From a virus, in the IMG/VR virus record IMGVR_UViG_3300045988_138743: 35,847 bases of DNA; one strand, 5' to 3'. A program made the translations under genes and the position numbers. The notes beneath the pieces were generated by a model. That model had not been told where the DNA came from. It saw nothing but the letters and a program-made list of their open reading frames with translations, and did not search any database. Each line of letters starts with the position of its first letter. The stretch's first letter is position 1. This document shows positions 23,308-30,973 of the stretch, in pieces.

Positions 23308-24987
23308 ATGTCTAAAACTGTCGCTATCTATGTCAGGGTTTCCACAGGGAAACAGGCTGACAGAGACTCTATCCCTTTTCAGATTCAGGAATGCTCCAAC
23401 TATGTGAAGCATTTTCTTAAAACTGAAAATTTTGAAGTATTCAAGGATGCTGGGCGCTCCGGCAAGAACACTCACCGTCCGGAGTATCAGAGAATGATTG
23501 AAAAGGTCAAAGCCGGCATGATTTCTCATGTCGTGGTGTACAAGATCGACCGTATTTCACGTAATCTCGTGGACTTCTCTATCATGTACAATGATTTCAA
23601 AGAGCACAAGGTTGCATTCATCTCTTTAAATGAGCAGTTCGACACCTCTAGTGCCATCGGTGAAGCCGTGCTCAAGATTATCCTCGTGTTTGCTGAGCTT
23701 GAGCGTAAGCTCACAGGTGAGCGTGTGCGTGACATCATGATGAACCGCGCGCTCGATGGCAAGTGGAACGGTGCCAGGGTGCCGTATGGCTGGGACTGGG
23801 ATACAAAGAAGCAATGCCCGGTGCATTCTGATACTGAGGCAGAATATGCCCGGATGATGTACAGGCTCTATGATGAGTGCCACTCTACCTGTGTGGTGCG
23901 TGATTACTGTAATGCTCACGACATCCCGACCAAGCGTGGCGGTGAGTGGACCAGCAAGACCGTTGCTGATTTTCTGAGGAATCCTATGAATGTCGGTGAT
24001 TATCGCTACAATTATAGGAAATCTGCCAGAGGTAAGAGGAATGATCCGTCTGAGGTTATCTATGTGAAGGATGTATTTCCACCTCTTATTGACAGAGAGC
24101 TCTATGAGAGGGTGACTCATCAGATGGACCTGAACACCTTCGGACTCGGCAAGGATGGGCGCAAGGTGGTCAGCAAGAAGACTCATGTGTTCGGCGGTCT
24201 TGTCGTGTGTGGTCTGTGCGGGGCTTTCTATCACTCCGATGCCGATGTGGTCAGAGCCGATGGTTTCAGGCCATCGAATTATCGATGCGGTGCTCACAAC
24301 AAAAAAATTCACTGCAAGGCAAAGGGCACCTCTGATGTGAAGCTCGGACCGTTTATCTTCAACTATATCTCAAATCTGGTCAAGGCTTCCAAGTCAAAGA
24401 AACTGCTGCACTCTGTCTCTGATCTGGAGCAGATACTCCTCACCGGCCCGGAGTTTGAGCAGGTGGCAGGCATCGCTGACATTGGACTGGATGTCACCTT
24501 TGACACTATCATGCATGGTTTCAAACCGAAGCGGTACACTGCTGCACCTTATACCGTCATCCGCTCCGGTGATTCTGATGCACTCACAGCAAAAAGAGAT
24601 AAGACCATCCGAGCGCTTGAGAGGCTCAAGAAGCTGTTTTTATTTGAAGATGATGCAATGAGTGAAAAAGAATATCTGATGTCTAAGAGGGAGCTTGAGG
24701 GCACGCTCAGCGATATAGAAAATGAGCTGTCAGCTCTTGAAGCCGACACTGCAGATACAAAATACGATGATATGTCTTTCATCTCCACTGCATCCGGATT
24801 TTTAATTGCTCATCAGATTGCATCAGGTGAGCACATCAACTACAGGGAGCTCTCCTGTGCCGTAGATGCAAAGGTGCTTAAGGATTTTGTGAACAGTGTG
24901 ATTGAGAGGATTGTTCTGCTGGACGGACGCGTGGCTTCGATAGAGTTTAAGAACGGACTCGTTCACGAGTTCCTTTACAGAGAATAA
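23308..24987 (+). CDS. int: Large serine recombinase (phage integrase)
   Basis: N-terminal resolvase motif VAIYVRVSTGKQ. Recombinase domain and Cys cluster CGLCG...YRCGAH. C-terminal coiled coil. 559 aa. Confidence 0.9.
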   Translation: MSKTVAIYVRVSTGKQADRDSIPFQIQECSNYVKHFLKTENFEVFKDAGRSGKNTHRPEYQRMIEKVKAGMISHVVVYKIDRISRNLVDFSIMYNDFKEHKVAFISLNEQFDTSSAIGEAVLKIILVFAELERKLTGERVRDIMMNRALDGKWNGARVPYGWDWDTKKQCPVHSDTEAEYARMMYRLYDECHSTCVVRDYCNAHDIPTKRGGEWTSKTVADFLRNPMNVGDYRYNYRKSARGKRNDPSEVIYVKDVFPPLIDRELYERVTHQMDLNTFGLGKDGRKVVSKKTHVFGGLVVCGLCGAFYHSDADVVRADGFRPSNYRCGAHNKKIHCKAKGTSDVKLGPFIFNYISNLVKASKSKKLLHSVSDLEQILLTGPEFEQVAGIADIGLDVTFDTIMHGFKPKRYTAAPYTVIRSGDSDALTAKRDKTIRALERLKKLFLFEDDAMSEKEYLMSKRELEGTLSDIENELSALEADTADTKYDDMSFISTASGFLIAHQIASGEHINYRELSCAVDAKVLKDFVNSVIERIVLLDGRVASIEFKNGLVHEFLYRE

Positions 24988-25017
24988 GAGCAGGCTTAGG
25001 CAGCCTGCTCTCTTTAT
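24988..25017 (+). terminator. Integrase terminator
   Basis: GAGCAGGCT-taggc-AGCCTGCTC followed by tctttat. Confidence 0.7.
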
Positions 25018-25057
25018 GTGTGTATGAGTAAGATTAGATTAACAAGAAAGGTTGATT

Positions 25058-25252
25058 TTACAAGGTTTTAGGCATCTTGTTTTTAGAGTTCATCTGACAC
25101 CCGAAGGTCTTTAAAAACAAGGTTAGTGGTCTTCCCAGTTCTTCGGACTTTTTCTTGACATACTGCCTAGCCTTTGCCATGTAGTAGTACTGTCTCTCAG
25201 GCTCGTGGGTTGGCGGTGTCTGGGTGATATCTATGTCATCTAAGTTAATCAT
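25058..25252 (-). pseudogene. miaB: miaB 5' fragment (N-terminal about 54 codons of tRNA methylthiotransferase MiaB), phage-borne
   Basis: ...ELGRPLTLFLKTFGCQMN matches the MiaB UPF0004 N-terminal signature (T[YF]GCQMN). It then diverges to SKNKMPKTL-stop. Has its own RBS agaggaaa. Confidence 0.6.
25076..25121. other. Candidate attP: 46-bp imperfect palindrome centred in the GCQMN codons
   Basis: CTTGTTTTTAgAG (25076..25088) pairs with CTtTAAAAACAAG (25109..25121), with 20-nt spacing. About 90 nt downstream of int. Confidence 0.4.
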
Positions 25253-25295
25253 GTGTTTTTCCTCTCTTAATTAATCTCATGTGAGTATAGCACAT

Positions 25296-25481
25296 TCATT
25301 CGATGTTTTGCAACAAATCATTGTCAATCAGACAATTAATGTATTCATTCACGCTCATGCCTCTCTTGGAGGCAGCGCTTTTGATTTTTTCTTTTTTTCC
25401 CGCTTTCATTGTCAGGTTGATTCTATCATATTTTTCTTTGATATATTTATTAATGTACTGGTTTTGATTAAACTCACTCAT
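25296..25481 (-). CDS. Ribbon-helix-helix (Arc/CopG-like) DNA-binding protein
   Basis: 61 aa. ...DRINLTMKAGKKEKIKSAASKRGMSVNEYINCLIDNDL is the typical RHH pattern. Confidence 0.65.
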   Translation of the reverse strand: MSEFNQNQYINKYIKEKYDRINLTMKAGKKEKIKSAASKRGMSVNEYINCLIDNDLLQNIE

Positions 25482-25656
25482 ATTATTTGTTCCTCTTTTC
25501 GTTTACGATGTATATTATAACTAAGATGTCGAATATTATCTGACTAACTAAAAATAATGTTTCCATTTTACTACCTCCATTGACTTTTTCGTATTTTCGT
25601 AGTAAGTTGAGAGTGTGGGGAGCTTTCCGCTCCCCTTTTACTCAACTGTTTGTTGG

Positions 25657-25788
25657 TTACTTGTTGAGTATTAAGTTTAGCAATTGTAAAACGCTTATTA
25701 TCAGATTTATAATTGCTGTGGCAAGAATGATGTTTTGAAGGGCTTCATTCTTGCCTTTTTTCTTTTGTCGTTTCTTTTTCTTACTCAC
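25657..25788 (-). CDS. Small Lys-rich membrane peptide (43 aa)
   Basis: Hand-called: RBS ggagg 8 nt before the GTG. (M)SKKKKRQKKKGKNEALQNIILATAIINLIISVLQLLKLILNK. Confidence 0.5.
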   Translation of the reverse strand: MSKKKKRQKKKGKNEALQNIILATAIINLIISVLQLLNLILNK

Positions 25789-25811
25789 TTGTCTTACCTC
25801 CTTACATGATT

Positions 25812-25840
25812 ATAATATCACATTATGCGCATAATGTCAA
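25812..25840 (-). promoter_or_regulatory. Consensus promoter for the small-peptide / RHH unit
   Basis: On the minus strand: TTGACA, 17 nt, TATTAT. Confidence 0.6.
25820..25837. promoter_or_regulatory. 18-bp perfect palindromic operator ACATTATGCGCATAATGT inside the promoter spacer
   Basis: Perfect palindrome. A second partial copy TGCGCATAATGT lies at 25849..25860. Confidence 0.65.
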
Positions 25841-25865
25841 TAGTATTTTGCGCATAATGTTATTT

Positions 25866-25908
25866 TAAAATAAAAAAATAGGACATCCATCAATCTGACA
25901 GATGCCCT
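25866..25908 (-). terminator. Lysis cassette terminator
   Basis: On the minus strand: AGGGCATC - loop - GATGTCCT followed by ATTTTTTTATTTT. Confidence 0.7.
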
Positions 25909-25924
25909 ATGTTATAATAATTAT

Positions 25925-26362
25925 TTAATTTGTTGAGCCGGTCGGCAGCTCATTGGTATACTTTGATAGTGCCTTTTTAACTGTGCGCCACACCTTTTTG
26001 ACTGGTAAACCGCACAATGACATATTCTTCAATATGCTTACAATCTCATACGCTATATATAGTAATGCGAAAAACTCCATCGTTCCGACTGTCTGTCCCG
26101 GAAGATATGTTCTTGCACCGGCCGGGATGAATCCGATGAGGTTCAATCTTATGATTGAGTCGACCAGAGCCAGGAGCACAAGAGAAATCAACATACCGAC
26201 CTTTCTGATTGCTCCATTGATTCCAAAGTTTGAATTGAACTTTTTTTCCTTGATTGCTCGTAATACTCCGAAGATAGTGTCCATCACTATGCATATTACT
26301 ACTATCTCCATAATTTTGTTGCTTGCTGTTGCCGTAAAAAATCTTATAATATCATTCATCAT
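25925..26362 (-). CDS. Holin (phage_holin_4-like)
   Basis: 145 aa with three or four TM segments and a charged C-terminus. Immediately downstream of the endolysin gene. Confidence 0.8.
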   Translation of the reverse strand: MMNDIIRFFTATASNKIMEIVVICIVMDTIFGVLRAIKEKKFNSNFGINGAIRKVGMLISLVLLALVDSIIRLNLIGFIPAGARTYLPGQTVGTMEFFALLYIAYEIVSILKNMSLCGLPVKKVWRTVKKALSKYTNELPTGSTN

Positions 26363-26369
26363 TTTTTTC

Positions 26370-27407
26370 TTATCCTTTCAAGAGTCTGTATGTTGTGAGT
26401 AATCCGACATATGCATCCTGTGTCAGTCCTCTGTTCTTTTGGAATACCTTCACGCATTTAGAGAGATAGCTCGTCCACTTGCCGTAATCCGTGTCTAACT
26501 TTGTGAAGCTGTATACATCGTGCAGCGTTCTTCTTAACCACTTGATTGCAGTCGGGCAATGGTGTTTCTGTCCACTCCACAGATTGTGGTTTTTTGCGAA
26601 TGCCTGTGAGTCAGCTCCGAATTTGCCGTCCTCTTTCAGTGCATCATCTCCTTTAAGGTCAAAGCCTACGTTCATGGCGTGCTGCCATTTTCTGACTTCT
26701 TCACTTTCCAAGTAATAGTCAACATTACCCTTCCAGCTCTCATCGCTCGGCTTGGCCGGTGCGGGTGCAGGCTGGCTTGTTGCTGTTGTATCTTTTGCTC
26801 CAAGCTCCACATATAAGAGGTTGGCATCTGTGCTGTTATTGAGTCCGGAGCAAGTGAATGCACTGGTGTACTGCCATCCATACAGGCTGTGTACAATGGC
26901 AGGCTTCTTGGCATCGTTCGGATCGTCCCCGATTGTCATTCCCTTAGTTGATGGATAACGCGCGATCCAGAATGGACAGTTAATCTGATTAGCATATGGC
27001 AGAATATAGGTATTGTAGAAGCTTAGCCCGGTGTACACTCCAAAATCAAGCCCTGCCGCCTTGATTTCTGACTGATATGTGTTGATGATGTCGATTAAGG
27101 TCTGTCCAAGTCCCTGCTGGCATCTGTCCTCTACATCAAGCCATACGAATGTCTTTCTTCCGGCAAGTACCTCAATCACTCTCTGTGCATCCGTCTTTGC
27201 CTTTCCTAATGTAGTTGCGTACGAATAATTATATACACCCTGAATCGGCATTCCGGCTTCTGTGCAGCCCTTCCAGTTCTGCTCGAAGGTCTTGTCTGGG
27301 TTTAGATCCTTTCTGATGATTTTTATAATGGCATACTGTACACCAGCCCATTTTACTTTGTTCCAGTCTATTGTTCCCTGGTATGATGATACGTCAATTC
27401 CTTTCAT
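26370..27407 (-). CDS. Endolysin: GH25 muramidase plus C-terminal peptidoglycan-binding repeats
   Basis: MKGIDVSSYQGTIDWNKVKWAGVQYAIIKI is the GH25 signature. C-terminal motifs are KEDGKFGADSQAFA and VFQKNRGLTQDAYVG. The RBS aaggagag favours the ATG at 27407 (ORF track gives 27452). Confidence 0.88.
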   Translation of the reverse strand: MKGIDVSSYQGTIDWNKVKWAGVQYAIIKIIRKDLNPDKTFEQNWKGCTEAGMPIQGVYNYSYATTLGKAKTDAQRVIEVLAGRKTFVWLDVEDRCQQGLGQTLIDIINTYQSEIKAAGLDFGVYTGLSFYNTYILPYANQINCPFWIARYPSTKGMTIGDDPNDAKKPAIVHSLYGWQYTSAFTCSGLNNSTDANLLYVELGAKDTTATSQPAPAPAKPSDESWKGNVDYYLESEEVRKWQHAMNVGFDLKGDDALKEDGKFGADSQAFAKNHNLWSGQKHHCPTAIKWLRRTLHDVYSFTKLDTDYGKWTSYLSKCVKVFQKNRGLTQDAYVGLLTTYRLLKG

Positions 27408-27564
27408 GATGTCTCTCCTTTCGTTCTGTGCATTTGTATTAATGTTGTTCATAAGCTTGCGCCCCTTTCTTTATATTATAAGAGCCGGCACCTCATTTGG
27501 TGTCGGCTCCTAGGCTCTATTTGTTAGTTACATATTAAATTTTATATTTTCTATCTCGCTCCCT

Positions 27565-27580
27565 AACCAGAGTTTAAGTA
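27565..27580. repeat. Inverted repeat IR-L of the putative invertible segment
   Basis: aaccagagtttaagta. Its reverse-complement partner at 28251..28266 matches 15 of 16 positions, including a 12-bp perfect core. Confidence 0.85.
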
Positions 27581-27921
27581 GCTTAACAAATGGCAAAATA
27601 ACTATTAAAAATGATATTATGGGAACAATGATTGGTAAGATATGTTTTATATATTACAAACATATTATCAGTGGTGTTGTAAAAAATAAGGAATATTTCC
27701 TAGAAAATGTAACTAATCTCGGATTACCATTGCCATTAATGAAGCCTGATTTCCCGACTTTAACATCTCCAATGTTTATGGTGGCTGGTGATTGGAGTAC
27801 CCCTACTGCCGCAATAGCCGCATTACAATTAAAAGCTGATGGTACATTATCATGGGTATCATCACATGGACATACAGAACCTCTTACTTACATGGGATTC
27901 ATTGCATATATTGCAAAATAA
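27577..27921 (+). CDS. Silent alternative C-terminal exon (V2) of the small tail-fibre protein
   Basis: The open frame runs from 27514 with no ATG or RBS until 27619. It is in frame with IR-L (NQSL-SSLTNGKITIK...). Distantly resembles V1 (LGL and GD motifs, similar length). Confidence 0.5.
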   Translation, partial: SSLTNGKITIKNDIMGTMIGKICFIYYKHIISGVVKNKEYFLENVTNLGLPLPLMKPDFPTLTSPMFMVAGDWSTPTAAIAALQLKADGTLSWVSSHGHTEPLTYMGFIAYIAK

Positions 27922-27924
27922 TTA

Positions 27925-28380
27925 TTAGTCATGATAAAATAGTATATAATTTACTCTAATATTACAACTAGCGGTTACTTTATCTTTCCATACGACATAG
28001 ATACCAGTTGTTGTGATTGTTGGCGATTCAAGATGCCCTGAAAATGCTGCACCATCACCGTTTGTAATTGATACACAAAGATTATTGAAATTGAATGTTG
28101 ATGAAGATAATCCTAGTTCAGAAATAACATCATTTTTTGACAATAGTAAACATGAGTTATTTCCCGGTAAAATTTCAAGTATTTTGGTACTCATCTTCAT
28201 GATGGAAATATTCCCTAAACTATTTAATTTATTAAGATCTGTCTTTAGATTACCTAAACTCTGGTTTAATGCACTTATAGCTCCAGTACACGTTCCATCC
28301 CCTATCTTGGATATGTCCTTTTTTCCTATCCGCTTTGTGATAAAATACTTTAATCCTGTAAGATCCAAATATTTTGCCAT
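27925..28380 (-). CDS. Small tail-fibre / receptor-binding protein (38-aa constant N-terminus plus variable part V1 in the expressed orientation)
   Basis: N-terminus MAKYLDLTGLKYFITK parallels the upstream fibre N-terminus MENKYLNLTGAVYIISK. AT-rich. IR-R lies at codons 39..44. Confidence 0.7.
   Translation of the reverse strand: MAKYLDLTGLKYFITKRIGKKDISKIGDGTCTGAISALNQSLGNLKTDLNKLNSLGNISIMKMSTKILEILPGNNSCLLLSKNDVISELGLSSSTFNFNNLCVSITNGDGAAFSGHLESPTITTTGIYVVWKDKVTASCNIRVNYILFYHD
28251..28266. repeat. Inverted repeat IR-R of the putative invertible segment
   Basis: tacctaaactctggtt is the reverse complement of aaccagagtttaggta. Confidence 0.85.
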
Positions 28381-28395
28381 TTTTTCTCCTTCTTT

Positions 28396-29268
28396 CTATG
28401 CAAATGCCGCATCTATTTCACTATTGGTTATTGCAACCATATCCGACTGCTTTATATAGCTGCTTAGGTCAATTTCTCTTGTACCTAATTTTTCATACTT
28501 ATTGTTAATCCATAAATATTCATCATACACATTCTGTCCTCTTCCAGAATTGGCAATTAAATAAAACGTTCCCTTAACGCCTGTTGATGGCAATGTCTGC
28601 ACTACTTGAAAATCCAATTTAGTAATACCGGCCATCGCTGTTGAAATGGCCGATGTTACAAATGCTGTTGATGCGGCCTGAGTATTATTTGTACCAGCTG
28701 ATGCTGTTGGCACTTTAGGTGTACCAGTAAAAGACGGACTCGCTATAGGTGCTTTCTTAGTTAGCTCAGCCTGTACTGCCTTGTTTTGTACCGGGTTTGT
28801 TGAAGTGCTACTCAGTTCACTATCTACTGTTGTCTTATTTGCACCTTCCGCTATTCCATCAAGCTTTTTCTTATCACTTACTGACATAAGACCATGTGCA
28901 GTCTGTGTTGCATCAGAATAAGTTGTATTTGTCGGTGCTCCATATGTACCATCCCCTCGTAAATACTTTCCATAATCGCCAGCTGCCGGTGCAGGTACCA
29001 ATCCTGACGTTCCAGCTGCTGAAGCTGTTGCACCTTTCATAACAGCATACGTTGTATTTTCTTTCGGTGGTGTATATCCAAGTGCTTTTATTACATTATC
29101 ACTTGTAAGCTCTCCTCTGATAGTTTGTGATGATTTGTTTTCAACATTGCCTAATCCGATTTCTTCCTTTGAATGTGTGTGTCCTTTATCACTTTTATCT
29201 TCCAATAGAGTTTTAATTTTACTAATGATGTATACCGCACCTGTAAGATTTAAATATTTATTTTCCAT
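28396..29268 (-). CDS. Tail fibre protein
   Basis: Motifs GHTHSKEEIGLGNVENK, GLVPAPAAGD, HGLMSVSDKKKLDGIAEGAN and ASPSFTGTPKVPTA are recurrent tail-fibre motifs. Confidence 0.8.
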   Translation of the reverse strand: MENKYLNLTGAVYIISKIKTLLEDKSDKGHTHSKEEIGLGNVENKSSQTIRGELTSDNVIKALGYTPPKENTTYAVMKGATASAAGTSGLVPAPAAGDYGKYLRGDGTYGAPTNTTYSDATQTAHGLMSVSDKKKLDGIAEGANKTTVDSELSSTSTNPVQNKAVQAELTKKAPIASPSFTGTPKVPTASAGTNNTQAASTAFVTSAISTAMAGITKLDFQVVQTLPSTGVKGTFYLIANSGRGQNVYDEYLWINNKYEKLGTREIDLSSYIKQSDMVAITNSEIDAAFA

Positions 29269-29286
29269 AGTTCTCCTTTCTGTTAT

Positions 29287-29559
29287 CTAAAGTCCATTAA
29301 ATATAGCCTCTATTTCTTCAATGGTAATAGCATTATCATTATTAACTGCATTCACCTCCTCCGGGGTGTATGATGGTTTGTTTTGTGCTTTAGCCCATTC
29401 TGGTATGGTTGGATCTGTCTCATACATATCTCCTGATATTTCTTTTCCATTCAAGCGGGGTTTGTTTTTTAGCTGTTCATAATCATCCATTATGTATATT
29501 TGCTCACATTCAATTCTTAATTCAGTATCATTTTCCATTTCAAGTTCAATTTCTGTCAT
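29287..29559 (-). CDS. Tail-fibre-associated small protein
   Basis: YEQLKNKPRLNGKEISGD and PEWAKAQNKPSYTPEEV are motifs common in Firmicutes fibre modules. Confidence 0.5.
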   Translation of the reverse strand: MTEIELEMENDTELRIECEQIYIMDDYEQLKNKPRLNGKEISGDMYETDPTIPEWAKAQNKPSYTPEEVNAVNNDNAITIEEIEAIFNGL

Positions 29560-29855
29560 ATCATCCCCTCTTTCAATATATCTTCAACTGGTACTGACTT
29601 GATATTGCTTGCAATTACATTTTCATCTTTTGTCTTTGCCCTGACCTGTATCAATACATTCTTCATAGCATCAAGCTGCAGTGTTTCATCTTGAGATAAT
29701 TTAATAAATAATGTTTCATCCGAAGTATTCAATTGATCCATGGACTTCTCAAACTCATATTTTCCCTGTTTAAAGGTTACATATATTTTTTCCAAATTAT
29801 TTATATCACAACCTTTTAATTTTATTTTGATTGTTGGAGTTGTTCCTCTTCTCAT
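29556..29855 (-). CDS. Baseplate/fibre-module hypothetical protein
   Basis: 99 aa, translationally coupled within the fibre module. Confidence 0.45.
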   Translation of the reverse strand: MRRGTTPTIKIKLKGCDINNLEKIYVTFKQGKYEFEKSMDQLNTSDETLFIKLSQDETLQLDAMKNVLIQVRAKTKDENVIASNIKSVPVEDILKEGMI

Positions 29856-29877
29856 ACTTCACCTCTTGTCTCAAAAC

Positions 29878-30426
29878 TTATATTGCATCAATTTCCTTGG
29901 TACTTATAGTTTCTATTTTATCTACTTTTTGATTGACACTTTCAATTTGTTTTCTAACAGCCTCCCCCGCTGTATCGTATGACTCTCCTGCAAATCCTTT
30001 TCTCACATCCTTAAGCTCTGCTTCGTAGTTGCCAAATCTTTTTAACAATTGTTCCACAAGTGTAGTCTGCTTTTCCTCTTCCTCATCACCAAATCTCATT
30101 TTTCCAGTACATTTAACAATTATGTTGAACGATATCAGCTTACTGTCACCATCTATCACTCTGATCTGCATAACATTCTGCCCTGCATGAAAAAATGACT
30201 CAGAAGGAATAATCGTAATCGTATTTCCATCCACTTCTGCCAAGGCTTTATTAGGCTCAGCCATAGTTCTTGTACACATACTGTACACAACTGCTGCCGC
30301 TGTACCCGGAATAGTGTAATCCTTTATATCAAACTCTAATGCGATTGAATTTGTGCCCTCAGTTACCTCTATTGGAGCCTGAAGCACATTCTTTGTAACA
30401 TATATGTCTCTTTTGATAGTCTGCAT
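29878..30426 (-). CDS. BppU-N-like baseplate/fibre protein (tentative)
   Basis: 182 aa: a beta-rich N-terminal domain followed by a coiled coil. Lies downstream of the Tal and lysozyme genes. Confidence 0.45.
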   Translation of the reverse strand: MQTIKRDIYVTKNVLQAPIEVTEGTNSIALEFDIKDYTIPGTAAAVVYSMCTRTMAEPNKALAEVDGNTITIIPSESFFHAGQNVMQIRVIDGDSKLISFNIIVKCTGKMRFGDEEEEKQTTLVEQLLKRFGNYEAELKDVRKGFAGESYDTAGEAVRKQIESVNQKVDKIETISTKEIDAI

Positions 30427-30442
30427 TCAAATATCTCCTTTC

Positions 30443-30973
30443 CTATGCAGGAATAAATCTAACTATATATCTTCCAGCCGGTTCTACACCTGACTCAAGG
30501 AAATCATACCAGGATCTCGCATATTGTCTTCGTGCTTCTTCCTCTTCCACACCGGCTCTCTCAAAGTTCTTGAGGTAAGCTGAAGCAAGATACTCCGGTG
30601 TCTCTGTACTTGTTTTAAATTGAGACCATGTCAGATTATACGCAGATGTTTTAATCCATTCACCTGTAGATTCTGATAACTGATCAATCCAATATAACTG
30701 TACTGTTCCATCTCCTATATCGTATCCGTTAGCCTTTGCCCAATTTGTATATTTGGTTGCCGGAGTCCACTGCACCAGTCCATAGCCACCGGAATAGTTG
30801 CCCTCTTTAAGGCTTTGCCACAATCCAGGATTAATGGTTGATTCTCTCTGCATATTTCCAAGCAGGCCTGAGATTGCATTGATTGTCCAGCCTTTATCAC
30901 TTAGATATGTATAAATTTCTTTGGCATTGCTCTCCATCTCTCCCTGCGTCAAATATTTATTATTACTAATCAT
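30443..30973 (-). CDS. Tail-tip lysozyme-like protein
   Basis: ISGLLGNMQRESTINPGLWQ ... GGYGLVQWT matches the phage tail lysozyme family pattern. Confidence 0.65.
   Translation of the reverse strand: MISNNKYLTQGEMESNAKEIYTYLSDKGWTINAISGLLGNMQRESTINPGLWQSLKEGNYSGGYGLVQWTPATKYTNWAKANGYDIGDGTVQLYWIDQLSESTGEWIKTSAYNLTWSQFKTSTETPEYLASAYLKNFERAGVEEEEARRQYARSWYDFLESGVEPAGRYIVRFIPA

Larger units (their letters stand above)
27565..28266. other. Putative invertible tail-fibre cassette (G-segment-like), about 702 bp
   Basis: Bounded by the IRs. Contains two convergent C-terminal coding segments whose stop codons are separated by 3 nt. Both IR copies encode NQSL in frame. Confidence 0.6.

Noticed and set aside
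23626-24312. 228-aa minus-strand ORF inside the integrase gene
   Set aside because: Fully nested antisense to a well-supported serine recombinase ORF. No RBS and no recognisable motifs.
27481-27510. Hairpin GAGCCGGCACC-N7-GGTGTCGGCTC upstream of the endolysin gene, considered as part of the inversion system
   Set aside because: It lies outside the inverted repeats and looks like an ordinary terminator or insulator between the fibre and lysis genes. There is no second copy.
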